64,000 bases of DNA from Camelus dromedarius (lineage: Eukaryota): assembly GCF_036321535.1 (NCBI RefSeq), contig NC_087436.1, positions 38,380,001-38,444,000 of the forward strand. The letters run 5' to 3'. How positions within the stretch are numbered: position 1 is the first letter of the stretch; every line of letters begins with the position of its first letter. The position numbers were made by a program, and so were the translations under genes. Positions 1-11,418 of the stretch are shown piece after piece. Below the pieces are notes generated by a model that was not told the origin of the DNA, ran no database searches, and worked only from the letters and a program-made list of their open reading frames with translations.

Positions 1-528
1 TATCAGGATCCTGTACCAACTGTTCTTTCTACCAAAAGGGAGTATGTCAGAACATTTTGGCAAGATTTATACACCAAATCAGTCCCTGCCAGCAATTCTC
101 AAACTGAAGTCATAAAACTATTTGTTGATGTTTAAATCACCAAAAGCTCAGGGCGGATGGGACATTGAACGAAACCAGGAAAAGGGGATATTGAAAACAA
201 CCCTCTATTTTTCAACCAACTCACCATTATGACAAAATTTGAACACTCTATTCAACATTCCTTTTGACTTGTAACCTCTGTTATATTTTCTGTTCCATAG
301 GCGTAAAAAACAAAACAACTCTTGGCCTATTCTAAACCAGTTATTCTGATTTCATGCCTTCTTTTGCACTATTTTCATTCCTGAAATCTTGTGGCATCCA
401 AAATCTTTCCCCGTATAGAAATGTTGAAACCAGTGTTTCCCACCGCTCACCCATTACAACAGGACACTCTTCACTACTAAGCCAGAAACAAGCAAACCAC
501 CTAATCAAACGTGCGTGGAATCCACGGC

Positions 529-592
529 GGGGAGGAGGGGAGGGGAGGAAGACTAAGGAGAGGAAGAGAGGAGAGAAGGAAGGAACAAAGAA
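529..592 (+). repeat. Purine-rich (G/A) tract next to the CpG island
   Basis: ggggaggaggggaggggaggaagactaaggagaggaagagaggagagaaggaaggaacaaagaag: almost all purine, with three GGGG runs. Confidence 0.85.
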
Positions 593-714
593 GTGTTACT
601 AGCAAAGCCCATTAAAAATTCCCAGGAAATAAGTAAAGAATCTGGGTTATAAAATAAAATCTAACCTTTTTTTCTCTTTTCCTCTGTGCTTCCTCTAGTT
701 TCACCTGTTCACAG

Positions 715-1000
715 GGCGCCACACGCAGAGGCCTCCCACCCGGCCCTTCAGACCTGCGGTCCCGGCGCCAAGCGGCCGCGCAGCACTGCTTCCGGCCGTG
801 TGCAGAAGCGCTGCGCACCACCCCTCATTCAATATGGCGGGCGGGCGGCGCGCAGGGCCGCTGCACCCGGCACTGCCACGGCCCGGCTCAGCACCGCTGA
901 GCGGCAGCGAGAACTCCGCCCCTCCCCCTGGACGGGAGCCTGGAAGCAGCCCGGCCGCCCATGGCCTCTCGGACTGCGAGTGCCCTAGAGCGGGAACCGG
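715..1000. promoter_or_regulatory. Small CpG-island promoter of an unidentified gene (probably minus-strand, possibly bidirectional)
   Basis: Abrupt GC- and CpG-rich block in an otherwise CpG-depleted window. ETS core CCGGAAG on minus (789-795), YY1-type CAATATGGCGG (830-840), GC boxes GGGCGGG (~840-846) and GGGGCGGAG on minus (914-922). Confidence 0.8.
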
Positions 1001-1733
1001 CACCTCTCCATTCTGTGACCAGGCAGTAAAGCTTTCCTTTGCTTCTGAACCCAAACTTGGTCTCCTTCTATTCGCTCTAACAACACCTTCTTGGGGCCTG
1101 ACTTGAAAGGGCCAGTAACAGAAGGAAATAATCTGTAGATGAATTCCTATTTATTTATTATACATCCAAAGAGATCTAAATTAATTAATTCCTTGGGACC
1201 AAAAGTCCTTTATGTGAAGCACAAAGACTTTATATGAAGTCATGTAAAATCATACAGTAACCACCACAATAATCAAACATCATAAAACTTGAAAACTCTT
1301 GCTTGTAGGCTAAAAGACCAGAAATATTTCAGCGCAGACCTTTTATTTATCTCCTGCCTAAAGTGAACACTGAATATACGATGTATACAAAGTTGTAAAG
1401 TTCCTTAGCTTCCAGGCTTCTCCGTGTCCTTCTTCCTCCAGGACCCCAATGGCCTCTTGCTCTTTTATTCTCTCCTGCGTTTCCAGCATCAATTTATACA
1501 AAGGGCATGGAACATTTAGGAAGTTAACTTCACTCACAATAAGATGTTTCATGAGCCAGGCAGTTGGCGCCTTTTAATCTCACTGAGATGAAAGACTGTC
1601 AGTTTATTCCTTCGTTTGTCTCTGCTCTTCACCTCTCTTTGAAAAAACTTCCGGTCAGCCTCAGGCTAGGAAGGTAAGTATAACCACACTTACCTGGGTT
1701 TAATAGTAAAAAAAAAAAAATTATAATTTAGAA

Positions 1734-1905
1734 GAGTGTTTCTCAAACCACAAATCATTTGAATGAGAATTACCTGGACTCTTGGTGAAAACTCAGATCC
1801 CAGGGCCACATTCCACACCGACTGAATCCTAACCTCCTCTGGAGAACCCCCACATGGCCCCACAGTGCAGATGATTCTCAAACTGCTGAACTCTGAGGGC
1901 TACTA
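1734..1905. mobile_element. MER5A-like hAT-Charlie MITE
   Basis: gagtgtttctcaaa...aattacctgg...aaaactcagatcccagggccacattcc...actgaatc...gatgattct matches the MER5 layout and length. Confidence 0.7.
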
Positions 1906-2739
1906 CCTGAGGGCAACTATTCAAATTCTATTCATATAAAAAAGCAGTATCACAGCTAAATGCATTTTTCATGAAATAAACTTTTCTTAAGATGTGTGCT
2001 TAATTTTTCTTCAGTATGCTATTTCTGTTTTATTTTCTGCAGTGTACTATTTAGTGAAGGAAGATTGTTACAACAATTTTCCTTAAATTAATGAAAAGCC
2101 CTCCCCGGGCTGGTTTTACATCTAAAAAATGATGTCACTGACATCTCTTTCAGCACCTCTGATCTCAACATGTAATGGAAATTAAATTAATGAAAACAAA
2201 GGCCATCAAAGGGATTATAAATTAATTTTCTCTTCACTCAAATGAACAGCAGGAGAAAAGATTTTTTTCTATGATTAAAAATGACATCATGCTGTCTTCT
2301 ACAAAATAACATCCCCCGAAGTAATTCTATTTAATTTTTTTAAAATTTAGTCCTTCATTTTTAAAGCTACAATAACTTATTTCAAAGAGGTTCTTATTTT
2401 CAAAAAAAAGTTAAATATTTTTGGTTACATCATCTTGTGCTTAAAGTTGGAGGAATTAATTGGTCATATGGCTTTCTGCTGTAGCATTCTTTCACTTTTA
2501 GGGTAGATTACAGTATTGTAATTAATGCTTAAACTTAAAGGGAAAAGCTCATGTTTAAGGGATGAGCAAATATTTACCTCCATCAGATCACACCTGAGCT
2601 TCTCCTGGTTGCCTACAAGGAAATAATACACACACACATCACTGCTGCTATTGCTGCTATATGAACTGATTTAAAATTTCCAAATTGCTCTCACTGCATT
2701 CTCTCATCATTTGCAAACTGTAAAGTTTGCGGGGTTATG

Positions 2740-2743
<4 letters not shown>

Positions 2744-2793
<50 letters not shown>

Positions 2794-2808
2794 CGCGCGC
2801 GCGCGCGC
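2744..2808 (+). repeat. Compound microsatellite (TG)21(CG)11
   Basis: Read directly: TG 2744-2785, CG 2786-2807. Confidence 0.98.
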
Positions 2809-3445
2809 TGGGGTTAGGGGGAGGAGAGAGTTGAGTTCTTTCTTTACCTGCTGATCTGCTGGCACAAAGAATCCAAGCTCAGAGAGCATCAGCCATGGCT
2901 TTAGGTTTACTAGGACTTTTATTTTGTTTCCTAGTAGACGTATGCCTTCTTAGGAAACAAGAACTCCTAGACACATAGAACCTAAAGTAGTTGCGATGGA
3001 AGCACAAATTCCCCCTGAGCAGGTCATGGGGAGTGATCATGAGCAGGCTTCTCCCACTCCCACCTCTTGGCCTTGGCCACCTTCTGAAGAACAGCTCCTC
3101 TCCCTCCTGAAGGGTCAGCTCCCAGCGGGGCCTCCAACAGGCTGTTCCACAGCTTCCCAGACCTCTGGATGGTGCAGAAGGTGGCAGGAACACTGGAAGC
3201 CACAGTCTTCCTCTTTCTCATTCTACTTGTTCCCCTTCTGCTCCTGCCTCTCTGGCCTCAGCTCTCACAGTCCAGTACAACTAAACAGGGTCTTTTTTCG
3301 GGATCCCCTTTGCCTTAGACCTTCTGCATGCACTTTTAGCCCTAGTTCAATGTCACTTCTTCAGGATATCCTTCCCTGACATTCACTCTCTGTAGACTTG
3401 ATTCAAAGCAAGCATAGGTTTTAAAACTCCAGGACTATATCTGTT

Positions 3446-3463
3446 TGTGTGTGTGTGTGTGTG
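3446..3463 (+). repeat. (TG)9 microsatellite
   Basis: Read directly. Confidence 0.9.
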
Positions 3464-6029
3464 GGAACCAGCAGCCAAACAAAACTAGATCTGCATTTTC
3501 CAAACTGCTCAATTCTATCATTCCCACTATTATATGCCATTGCACCACTGGTCTCTTAAGAAAAGACTTCTTATTTCAATGATTTCTGAGAGTTCAAAAA
3601 ATGGGATTGAGGTGGCCATGTCAGGGATTTCATAATAGTGAATTAATTCTTACTTAAAAAAAGACAAAATCTACTATTTTATTCTGCAAGTTGAATCAGA
3701 AATCAAGTTTACCCCAGTGTATTATAAGAATTCACATCATCATATCAGGATGTTAACAGTCTCACACTTTGTCTATCAGATTTTGTGAAAAGGACTGATG
3801 ACCAGAATACTTAGGGTATTAGCTAATGATAACATTAAAAAGTGAATCATGATAAGCTGACCTTACTCGGGAAAAAATATAAAGCAAGCATGTATAATTG
3901 TGGCTCTGAATTACTCGTTCTGTATCTCTGCTACTGTTAGATTTGTAAGGAAAAGGAGCATAAGGCCCTTGTTTGACCCTTTCACAATCACCCTCTCTCC
4001 TTTAGCTCATCCTTTAGCAATCCACCCATGAATTAAGTAGATGAACCCTAAGGAAAAGTCATTGGATGCTCCTGAGGCCATAATTTTGTGGAAAATACTT
4101 TTACTTTTTCTTCACACATACAATAGAGATAAGAGAGAAAATCAGTTCTCAGTTAGAAATTTCCTCATTGAAGAAGGTCATTTTCTTGCAGTGAAGATTT
4201 TTGGACGGTCAAGTGTTTACAAAATGATTGTACAAATGGAACCAAAAATGGAATAAAAGGTTTTGATTAGGAAAGCTGTGGCAAGGACTCTTATTTTCTT
4301 GGTTTCTGTTTATTGTCTGTTTTTTTCTAGGGAAGAAATGAGATGAAGAAAGAAGCGAACTTGTTGAAGGAAGTGTTTGTTTTTAGCTACTTACCTGGTA
4401 TTTTTAGTTGCTAATTTATCTTCTAAATTAACAGAGACACTCCTGTGGTGATTACCTTCAGAATTTTTCCTGAATTACAAGGCAATCTCTCTTAAACCTT
4501 GACTTGAAGATATCAACGTGTAACTTGTCTTAAGTATAAGTCTGAGGTTAGTACTTTGCTGATTTCATTAGTACATGATAATGTTATTCTTTTGTCAGAC
4601 AGAAATCTTGACAAGACAATAAATTAATAATAGGACCATTTGGAATAATACTTAATGCTGAAACTCTGTATTTTAATAATGTAAATCATATACTTGGCAT
4701 GTTTGCATGTAATCAGCCTGTAATCAGATAAGAACAGACACTTGATTCAAGAGCTCATTTTTTTTGTGCCACAGGTATATTTGTATAATGCTCTTAGTCT
4801 GATTTGAACACCCACCTATGAAATGACAAAAGACCACTGAGGAAGATTTCTTTATTTAGCCTTAAAATTCTGCATAATGTATAACTTTGACAATCATAAG
4901 AGAAAAATAAACTGTGTTTGATTTGTGAGTTTTATGTTGTAGTTAAATAGGAACATGGTTCTCAAGTTCACTAGGGACCTGCAGGCCACTCCATCATCTT
5001 CCCTTGCCATCTGACATCTCAAAGGAAAGATAAAGTGGAGATGAAAGAACTTATTCCAAGGAAAACTCCAAGGTGAGTATCAAATGCTGTCAACTCTCAA
5101 GGAAGGTGAAATATTATTTCTACACAGATTTTTCTGATAAAATTCTGCCTTTCTAGGAAAACAACACTTAATCAAGTAATCTGACTGTTGGTGTGCCCCG
5201 CCGTGATATTTCACCCAAATGCAGTGCATCATGAGAAAACTAATTAACTTTGACTTCACTGCATCTATCCCCAGAAGACTCAGCTCTCTTGTTGTTTGGG
5301 TAGACTAATTAAAGAAAAATAAAATTTCCCCAAAGAGAATAACTTCTGCTTCTATTACTGTAAAACAGAAATGAAATAAATTGTTACCTTGGAAAGAAAT
5401 GAACTGCAAACTCTTTCCATCTGTGTATTTAGGAAGGCAGGTTACCTCATCCTCACTGCCACAGATGATTATTAGCTCTTCTGTCCTGGCTTCTGCAGCA
5501 TGGAGGACTGCTCCTCTGTCAACGGCTTCACACCCCAGCCCCGGTCATGCCTCTCCTTGCCAAATGATGGGGAAATGAAGCAGGATGCCCCAAATTGTAC
5601 ACAGTAGTGAGCTGATGTCAGCTACCCAGGCAGCTTTCTTACATGTTTAACTGCTGCTCAGAGAAGGACATGAGAATGTAAACCTCCAGGGCACAACACA
5701 ATCATTGAATCTCCAGCTCAAAGCTTTAAATGTCATCCCCAATCAATCAGCTGTTAGGGATCACAGAATATTTTTTGAGCTTTTATTCTGGAATTGGCTA
5801 GAGATTGAGTATAACTTAGAGAAACCGGAGCTTATCACACATTCCATCAACTTCACTTTTGTGAGATAACCAGTGGATAAATTCTGCCATGGGTGCCCAA
5901 CGTCTTGTTAATTGGACAGAGCACTTAGATGTTGAGTAGAAGATAAGAAATTTTTCTAAATTAGAAGCAGTTTCATAAAAACAAAGTCGACTTTGTAAAA
6001 ACCTTTGAAAACCTCTAATATCTTTTCAC

Positions 6030-6600
6030 CAGGTCCCATGAATGGCAGAACTTCCTGGAGTGGTTAATTTAAGACAATAGGAAAAGTTTGTGAATGTGAT
6101 GTCTTTGATCTGCTTTTTAGGCTACGAGTAAAATTTACACAAAACAAACTCACCACCCACATTTAGAATGATTGACAAAAGTGAATACAGGAATCAATGG
6201 GATTTCTGTAGGGTAAAAAAAAATTACCCTACTTGTTTCAAAAACATCTTAAAGAAGTGTTTTAATTATTAAGCATTTTTATTTGAGACTAGCAATAACT
6301 TGTGTTAATCAGTTTTGACTTGATGACAGGAAGCAAGTTAGCAAATTTTTTTGTCTCCGCAAAGATTCTGAAGCTCATGAAGAAATATGTGAGATCTCTA
6401 CATGGCAGCCTAAAGTTACACAATTGTGGTCAACGTACAATATATGAGAATAAGTGCAGTGCTTCGGATACTGCTCCGTAAGGTCATATTACAAGGAAGG
6501 CTGGCATTAAAATTCTGTTTGAACCATATGTCAGCTCTTCCTTCATGACTTAAAACATGAAACAAGTTTCGACCTTCAAAGAATCAAACAAAAACATCAT
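6030..6600 (+). mobile_element. Highly decayed CR1/L3 LINE, reverse-transcriptase region
   Basis: Colinear degenerate traces of CR1 RT motifs: gtgaatgtgatgtctttgat (~VDVIYLD), atacaggaatcaatgg (~RVVING), aagcatttttatttgagact (~NIFINDL), aatcagttttgacttgatgacaggaagc (~IKFADDTKL), caaagattctgaagctc (~QKDL). Confidence 0.5.
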
Positions 6601-8344
6601 CTGTCTTTGACATTTCATGCTCAATAGACAGTGCTTTCTGTTTTTCTGTTCTTAATTTTGGCAACATTTTATTATTTGAGGCATGCTACTCATGGGACAA
6701 CATGCTTTTGCTTTTGCTCTCAAAACCAAGGACCCAATTAATTAATGTAGAAGATAAAATATAAGTCAATGTTGGCAATATACAGCTTATGCACATTACA
6801 GGCTATGTTAACTTCTGAAGACAAAAACTGACGAAAAGCCATAGGATATTTGGCTATCTGCCTCCTAGAGAGATGTGGCAGGGAATCTAACACATTCCAA
6901 ATATATTCTTTCATTCAAGGATTTAAATTTAAATTCTGGGCTCTCAAGTAAAATGTTTCAAAAGGATGTTCCTGTGGACTCTGGCTTCATCTCACCACAT
7001 GCTGGATGGACAACCAGTTCAACAGGGCTCAGTGGCAGATAGAAGGCACTATGTTAACAATGCTAGATACTAGCTGAGAGATTATTTGTGGTTCCAGTAC
7101 TTTTTCCTCCAGTCTCTCAGAAGAGGGGGCTCAATTTGTACTCTGTGCCCTCAGGATAGGGTCATTAAAGCAGTGTGCAGAATGGGGGACAGAGGCAATT
7201 TTTAGCTTCTGAGTTTCCAGATCGACTCTGGAAATATATAGGGAGGGAATAGTTTTAAAGAAAAAAAATTTCGAATCTCAAAAGGCCAGATGCTGAAGGA
7301 ATCAAAGCATAAAGTTAATGCCCCAAAAAGCATATTTAGAAGAAGACATGAGATAAGAGCAAATTTTTGTTACTCCAGTGATTTTAAAATATCCCTCTGA
7401 AATGGAAGTGAAGCTGAGTTTGGTAACAATCGAATATGAGATGATGATGTGGGCTCTGAGAAAAGGTAAACATGGGACAGCACAACCTACTATAGATTTG
7501 GGGTCCAAAAACAGAGGGGACTTGGGCCCAACTTCCCATTATGGCCCTGGAGGTGACAGTCTTGCAAGACTCCCACCCCACTACAGTGTACAGCTTTAGC
7601 ACAGAGATGGCTGTGGATGACCGTGCGAGAGACAGAAACATTTAGTTGGTCATGATCCTAGCATGGTCTGGGAGAGCAGAGCAACATTTTATAAATCCCC
7701 AAAAGGGGTTGGAATTTAGATGAAAAAGAGTTGGTGAATTTGAAGAGGACTCAAATGACAGATGGTGGGGTTGTAGAAATAAACACAGCTGTCAACACAG
7801 ACAAAATAGGAAACTGGATGTCTAGCATGTCATCATGGAGGGTTGACGGTGACCAGGAACTGTCATTGGACCACAGACCACGACATTTCAACAGATGCTA
7901 GCATGGAAACATGCCACATGAGGGCCAGGTTCTGCCCACAGTGCTTTGCCTTAGTGCTACGTAACCCTGCAGAATTGAGACCTAGAAGAAAGGGAAGAGG
8001 GAAAATTCTAAACTGCTCAAGAAGGAATGGAGGAATGGTCAATGCCCACAGAAAGTATTTTGAGGTATCAGGAAAATTCAGGGGTAGAGAATATATTTGT
8101 ACTAAAATTGACATTTTTGCACACCTGTTTGCACCTCAACATCTCACACTCCATGCATGAAACACTAACTTAAGTAGATCAACTATTGTCTAACTTGATA
8201 CGGGAAGCAGTCAGTAAGTATCGAGATTACAGAGGTGAAGAAAAAAACTGACACTTGAGGAAGGCAGTTGGGTTATTTCCAGGCATATAATGTAGTCTTT
8301 TTTGTAAACAGTTGCTCAACATATCAATATTTACTTGTCTAATA

Positions 8345-8642
8345 AAGGATTTGAAATCCATGGCTCCTGGACCAAATCCAGCCCGCTGGCTGCCTATTTT
8401 GTAACAGCTTGCCAATTAAAATTGTCTTAATATTTTCAAATGGTTGAAAAGAAATCATATAAAATTCAAATTTCAATGTCTGGAAATAAAACTTTATTGG
8501 AACAGAGCCACATCTTTTTGTTTATGTAAAATAGATTTTGCACTACTATAGCAAAGTTAAGTAGCTACAACTGACGATGTGACCCTGATAGCCTAATGTT
8601 TTTGCCATCTATTCATTTACAGAGTAAGTCTGACAACCGCAG
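8345..8642 (+). mobile_element. MER58B hAT-Charlie DNA transposon
   Basis: ccaaatccagcccg...tttcaaatggttgaaaa...aaaattcaaatttcaatgtc...aaataaaactttattggaacagagccaca...aagttaagtagctacaac...tttacagagtaagtctgacaacc follows the MER58B consensus. Confidence 0.85.
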
Positions 8643-9099
8643 ATCTAGGTGCAAGCTTCCAGGTTGAACAGACACAGACCCCAACTCATCAAATGTATTT
8701 GCTAGAATTCCCTGGGAGTTGGATATTAAATTAATTAAGCTGTTGCTTAACTTGAGTGAGTTACTGTATGAAAGGGTCTTAGGAGCAGAGTCTGACACAC
8801 AGTAAGCACCACCTAAGTAATTACTAGTCTTCTCATTTATGATCTTGCATAATTTGAAATTGTACCTCTTGTTGCTTCTAGGATTCACTTCTATGGTTTC
8901 AATATTATTACTTTATTTTTTAAACTTGAAGGACCAAATATCCATTCAATTCATTATCAGTGCAAGTAAAAAGCCATCTCTACCTTGCAAGTCAAACCAG
9001 TAAATATCAATCATCATGCCTTGTTCACTCTGAAATATGGACCTAAATTATGAAGAAATGTCACCATTGTTCAAATACGCTTCTCAATAGAATAATAAC

Positions 9100-9325
9100 A
9101 GTAACAGTAGTTAGCATTTATTTTATGCCTTCAAATGTTAAGTATTTTAAATGCATATTTTCACTTAATTCTAATGACATCCCCATAAGGTAGTGCTACC
9201 CCCAGTCTATAAATGAGAAAATTGGGGCTCAGAAAGACCCAGGAACTTGCTCATAGTTGTGGTTTATAAGTGGCAGATCCCAGACCCAAACACGAGCCTA
9301 AACCTGTGGTCTCCCCTCTAAACTG
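9100..9325 (-). mobile_element. MIR SINE
   Basis: tagcattta...cttaattctaatgacatccccataaggtag...aaatgagaaaattggggctcagaaag...aacttgctca...taagtggcaga: reverse MIR core. Confidence 0.8.
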
Positions 9326-10179
9326 TGTTGTTTTTTCTTTACAATTTCTAGCTTCACACGTCATTCATTCACTCCTCTACTTAGTCTTCTTTCAACAAAA
9401 AAAAAAAACTCCCATTAACAAGCTGGTTAAGGAGAGCCAGAAGTCCAACTGGTGAGTGGAAGCAAACTTAATTCTGTCAGCCAAGGCCCTGCGTGGTGAG
9501 AAAACTACTGTGTCGCGCTCTTCAGCGCCACCCCTGCACTAACTGCCTCCTGTGGAGCAGCCACTGACCTACCGTGGTGGCAGTCTGGGATACGGTAAAT
9601 ACGTACGCACTTACCCTGATTTGTCTTGTGACATCTAGACACAATTTTCTTGACCTTTGCCTGCCGAGATGGTGCCACAACTGTTCTTTACAAGAGGATA
9701 ACTTGACTGAAAAGATGAGCGAGCCCTCCCATCCCTTAACTTTAACATTAAGGTAAACCACCTAATGCTGGACATTTTGGGTTTTATCACCCCAATCTCT
9801 GATCGCCAATAAGCCTATTCGGGAAATGACAGACTTCAATGTTCTCCTTAAAAAGTTCACTACTTAAAAACTGAAGATAACACAATAGTTTCATACTAAT
9901 TTTCCAAATTAGCCAGTTTATTAGCTTATCTGAGAGTACACTCAACTGATAATTATTTTCTTCCCTCACTCATATCTCCTCAGATTGAATTTAGCAGTCT
10001 CTGGTGGTGTGTTTGGGACTCTTCTCTGCCAAACTGAGATTCTTATAAACGTGTTGATTAATAATCACCCCCACGTTTGAGGCTTTGTAATACTCCACCC
10101 ACACAATTGTTGCTTGATAAATCTTTCTTGGCAGCCTCAGAAATTTTTTAATGATCTTTCCTTGTAAGTTTAAACGATT

Positions 10180-11415
10180 TGATTCATTTCAGCAGAAAGC
10201 TGAACAATGAGAAAATGTTATGTGCAAAAAAGATACAAAATGAAGAAGATATTGTCCGAGCCCTGGGGTTGCTTTACTAGACAGAATGGTACTAAGGTAC
10301 CATGCTTGCCCTCAAATATACCAAGTATATGAGCTGAACTGTGTCCCCGCACCCCCCACCAAAAGATATATTAATATCTTAACCCCTGGTACCTGGGAAT
10401 GCAGTTTTACTTGGAAATAGGAGTTTGGAAGATGCAATCAATATAAGATGAAGCCATTAGGGTGAACACTAATCCAGTAAGACTGATGTCCTTGCGAGAA
10501 GAGGGAAGTTCAGACTCACACACAGGGAGAACGCCATGTGAAGACAGAGGCAGAGATTGGAGTTCTGCTGCCACTAACCAAGGAACACCTGGAGCTGTCT
10601 CTGTCAAAAGCTGGAAGAGGCAAGAAAGGCCCCTCCCCTAGGGCTTTGTAGGGGAAGCATGGCCTCCAGGACTGTGAAAGAATATGTTTCTGCTGTTTTA
10701 AGGCACCCCATTTGTGGCTCTTTGCTATGGCAGCCCTAGGAAACTGATGCTGTGGATGTACAAGTCCTACACACAAATGACTGTGGCAAAAAGGGAGTGC
10801 TAAGGATCCTAAAAGTGGTATAAAAATGTAAGGAAGATGAGAATTGGGAATCAGGAAAAGCTTCCTGGGGCAAAGACACAGGATCTAGATTATGTAGGAA
10901 CGGCGGGGTTCAGACATCTGGAAACAGGGAGCAGGGCATTCTAGATGAAGGGACCATCAATTGGATGGATGTGGGATACCAAATAGGAGAAGCACAGCGT
11001 GGTAAGAGGAAAGGAGAACAGAACAGGTACGGTAGAAGGAAGTTTGCGACTAGATGGGTGTGGAGGGTTTGAATGCCAGGCAGAGGAGTTCACTCTTAGG
11101 GAAATAAGGAAATCACTGAAGGCCTTGGAGGAGGCCAGTGGTAACACTAGGACTGTTTAAAAACAAGCAAAAAAAAAGAAGAAAAACACAAAATTCTTTT
11201 TTGTAGAAGAAGTTGAAGAGGAGAAAGATTTGGAGGCAAGGAGACCAGTTACTAAGCTATTATAGTAGTTCAGGGCACAGGCAATGAGGAATCAATCTAG
11301 GGCAGTTGCAATGATAATTGAAAGGGAAAGAATTATGAATGAGAATGATACCACAGAGGTACAATGGATATCACTGGGCTACTAACTTGGATTTAGGAGA
11401 TGAGGTATAGACAAG
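10180..11415 (-). mobile_element. L2 LINE fragment (interrupted by an MLT1C LTR)
   Basis: tcaggaaaagcttcctgggg, agggcattctagatgaagggacc, gaatgccaggcagaggagttcact, ggaggcaaggagaccagttactaagctattatagtagttcagg are typical antisense L2 segments. Confidence 0.75.
10326..10751 (+). mobile_element. MLT1C-like MaLR solo LTR
   Basis: gctgaactgtgtcccc...gccatgtgaagacagaggcagagattggagt...aagctggaagaggcaagaaagg...tttgctatggcagccctaggaaactgat. Confidence 0.9.
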
Positions 11416-11418
11416 AAT

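Noticed and set aside
612..1106. Four overlapping Pro/Ala/Gly/Arg-rich ORFs in the CpG island
   Set aside because: Stop codons are scarce in GC-rich DNA, and no domain is recognised.
2810..2821. Telomere-like GGGGTTAGGGGG
   Set aside because: A single TTAGGG unit is not an interstitial telomeric array.
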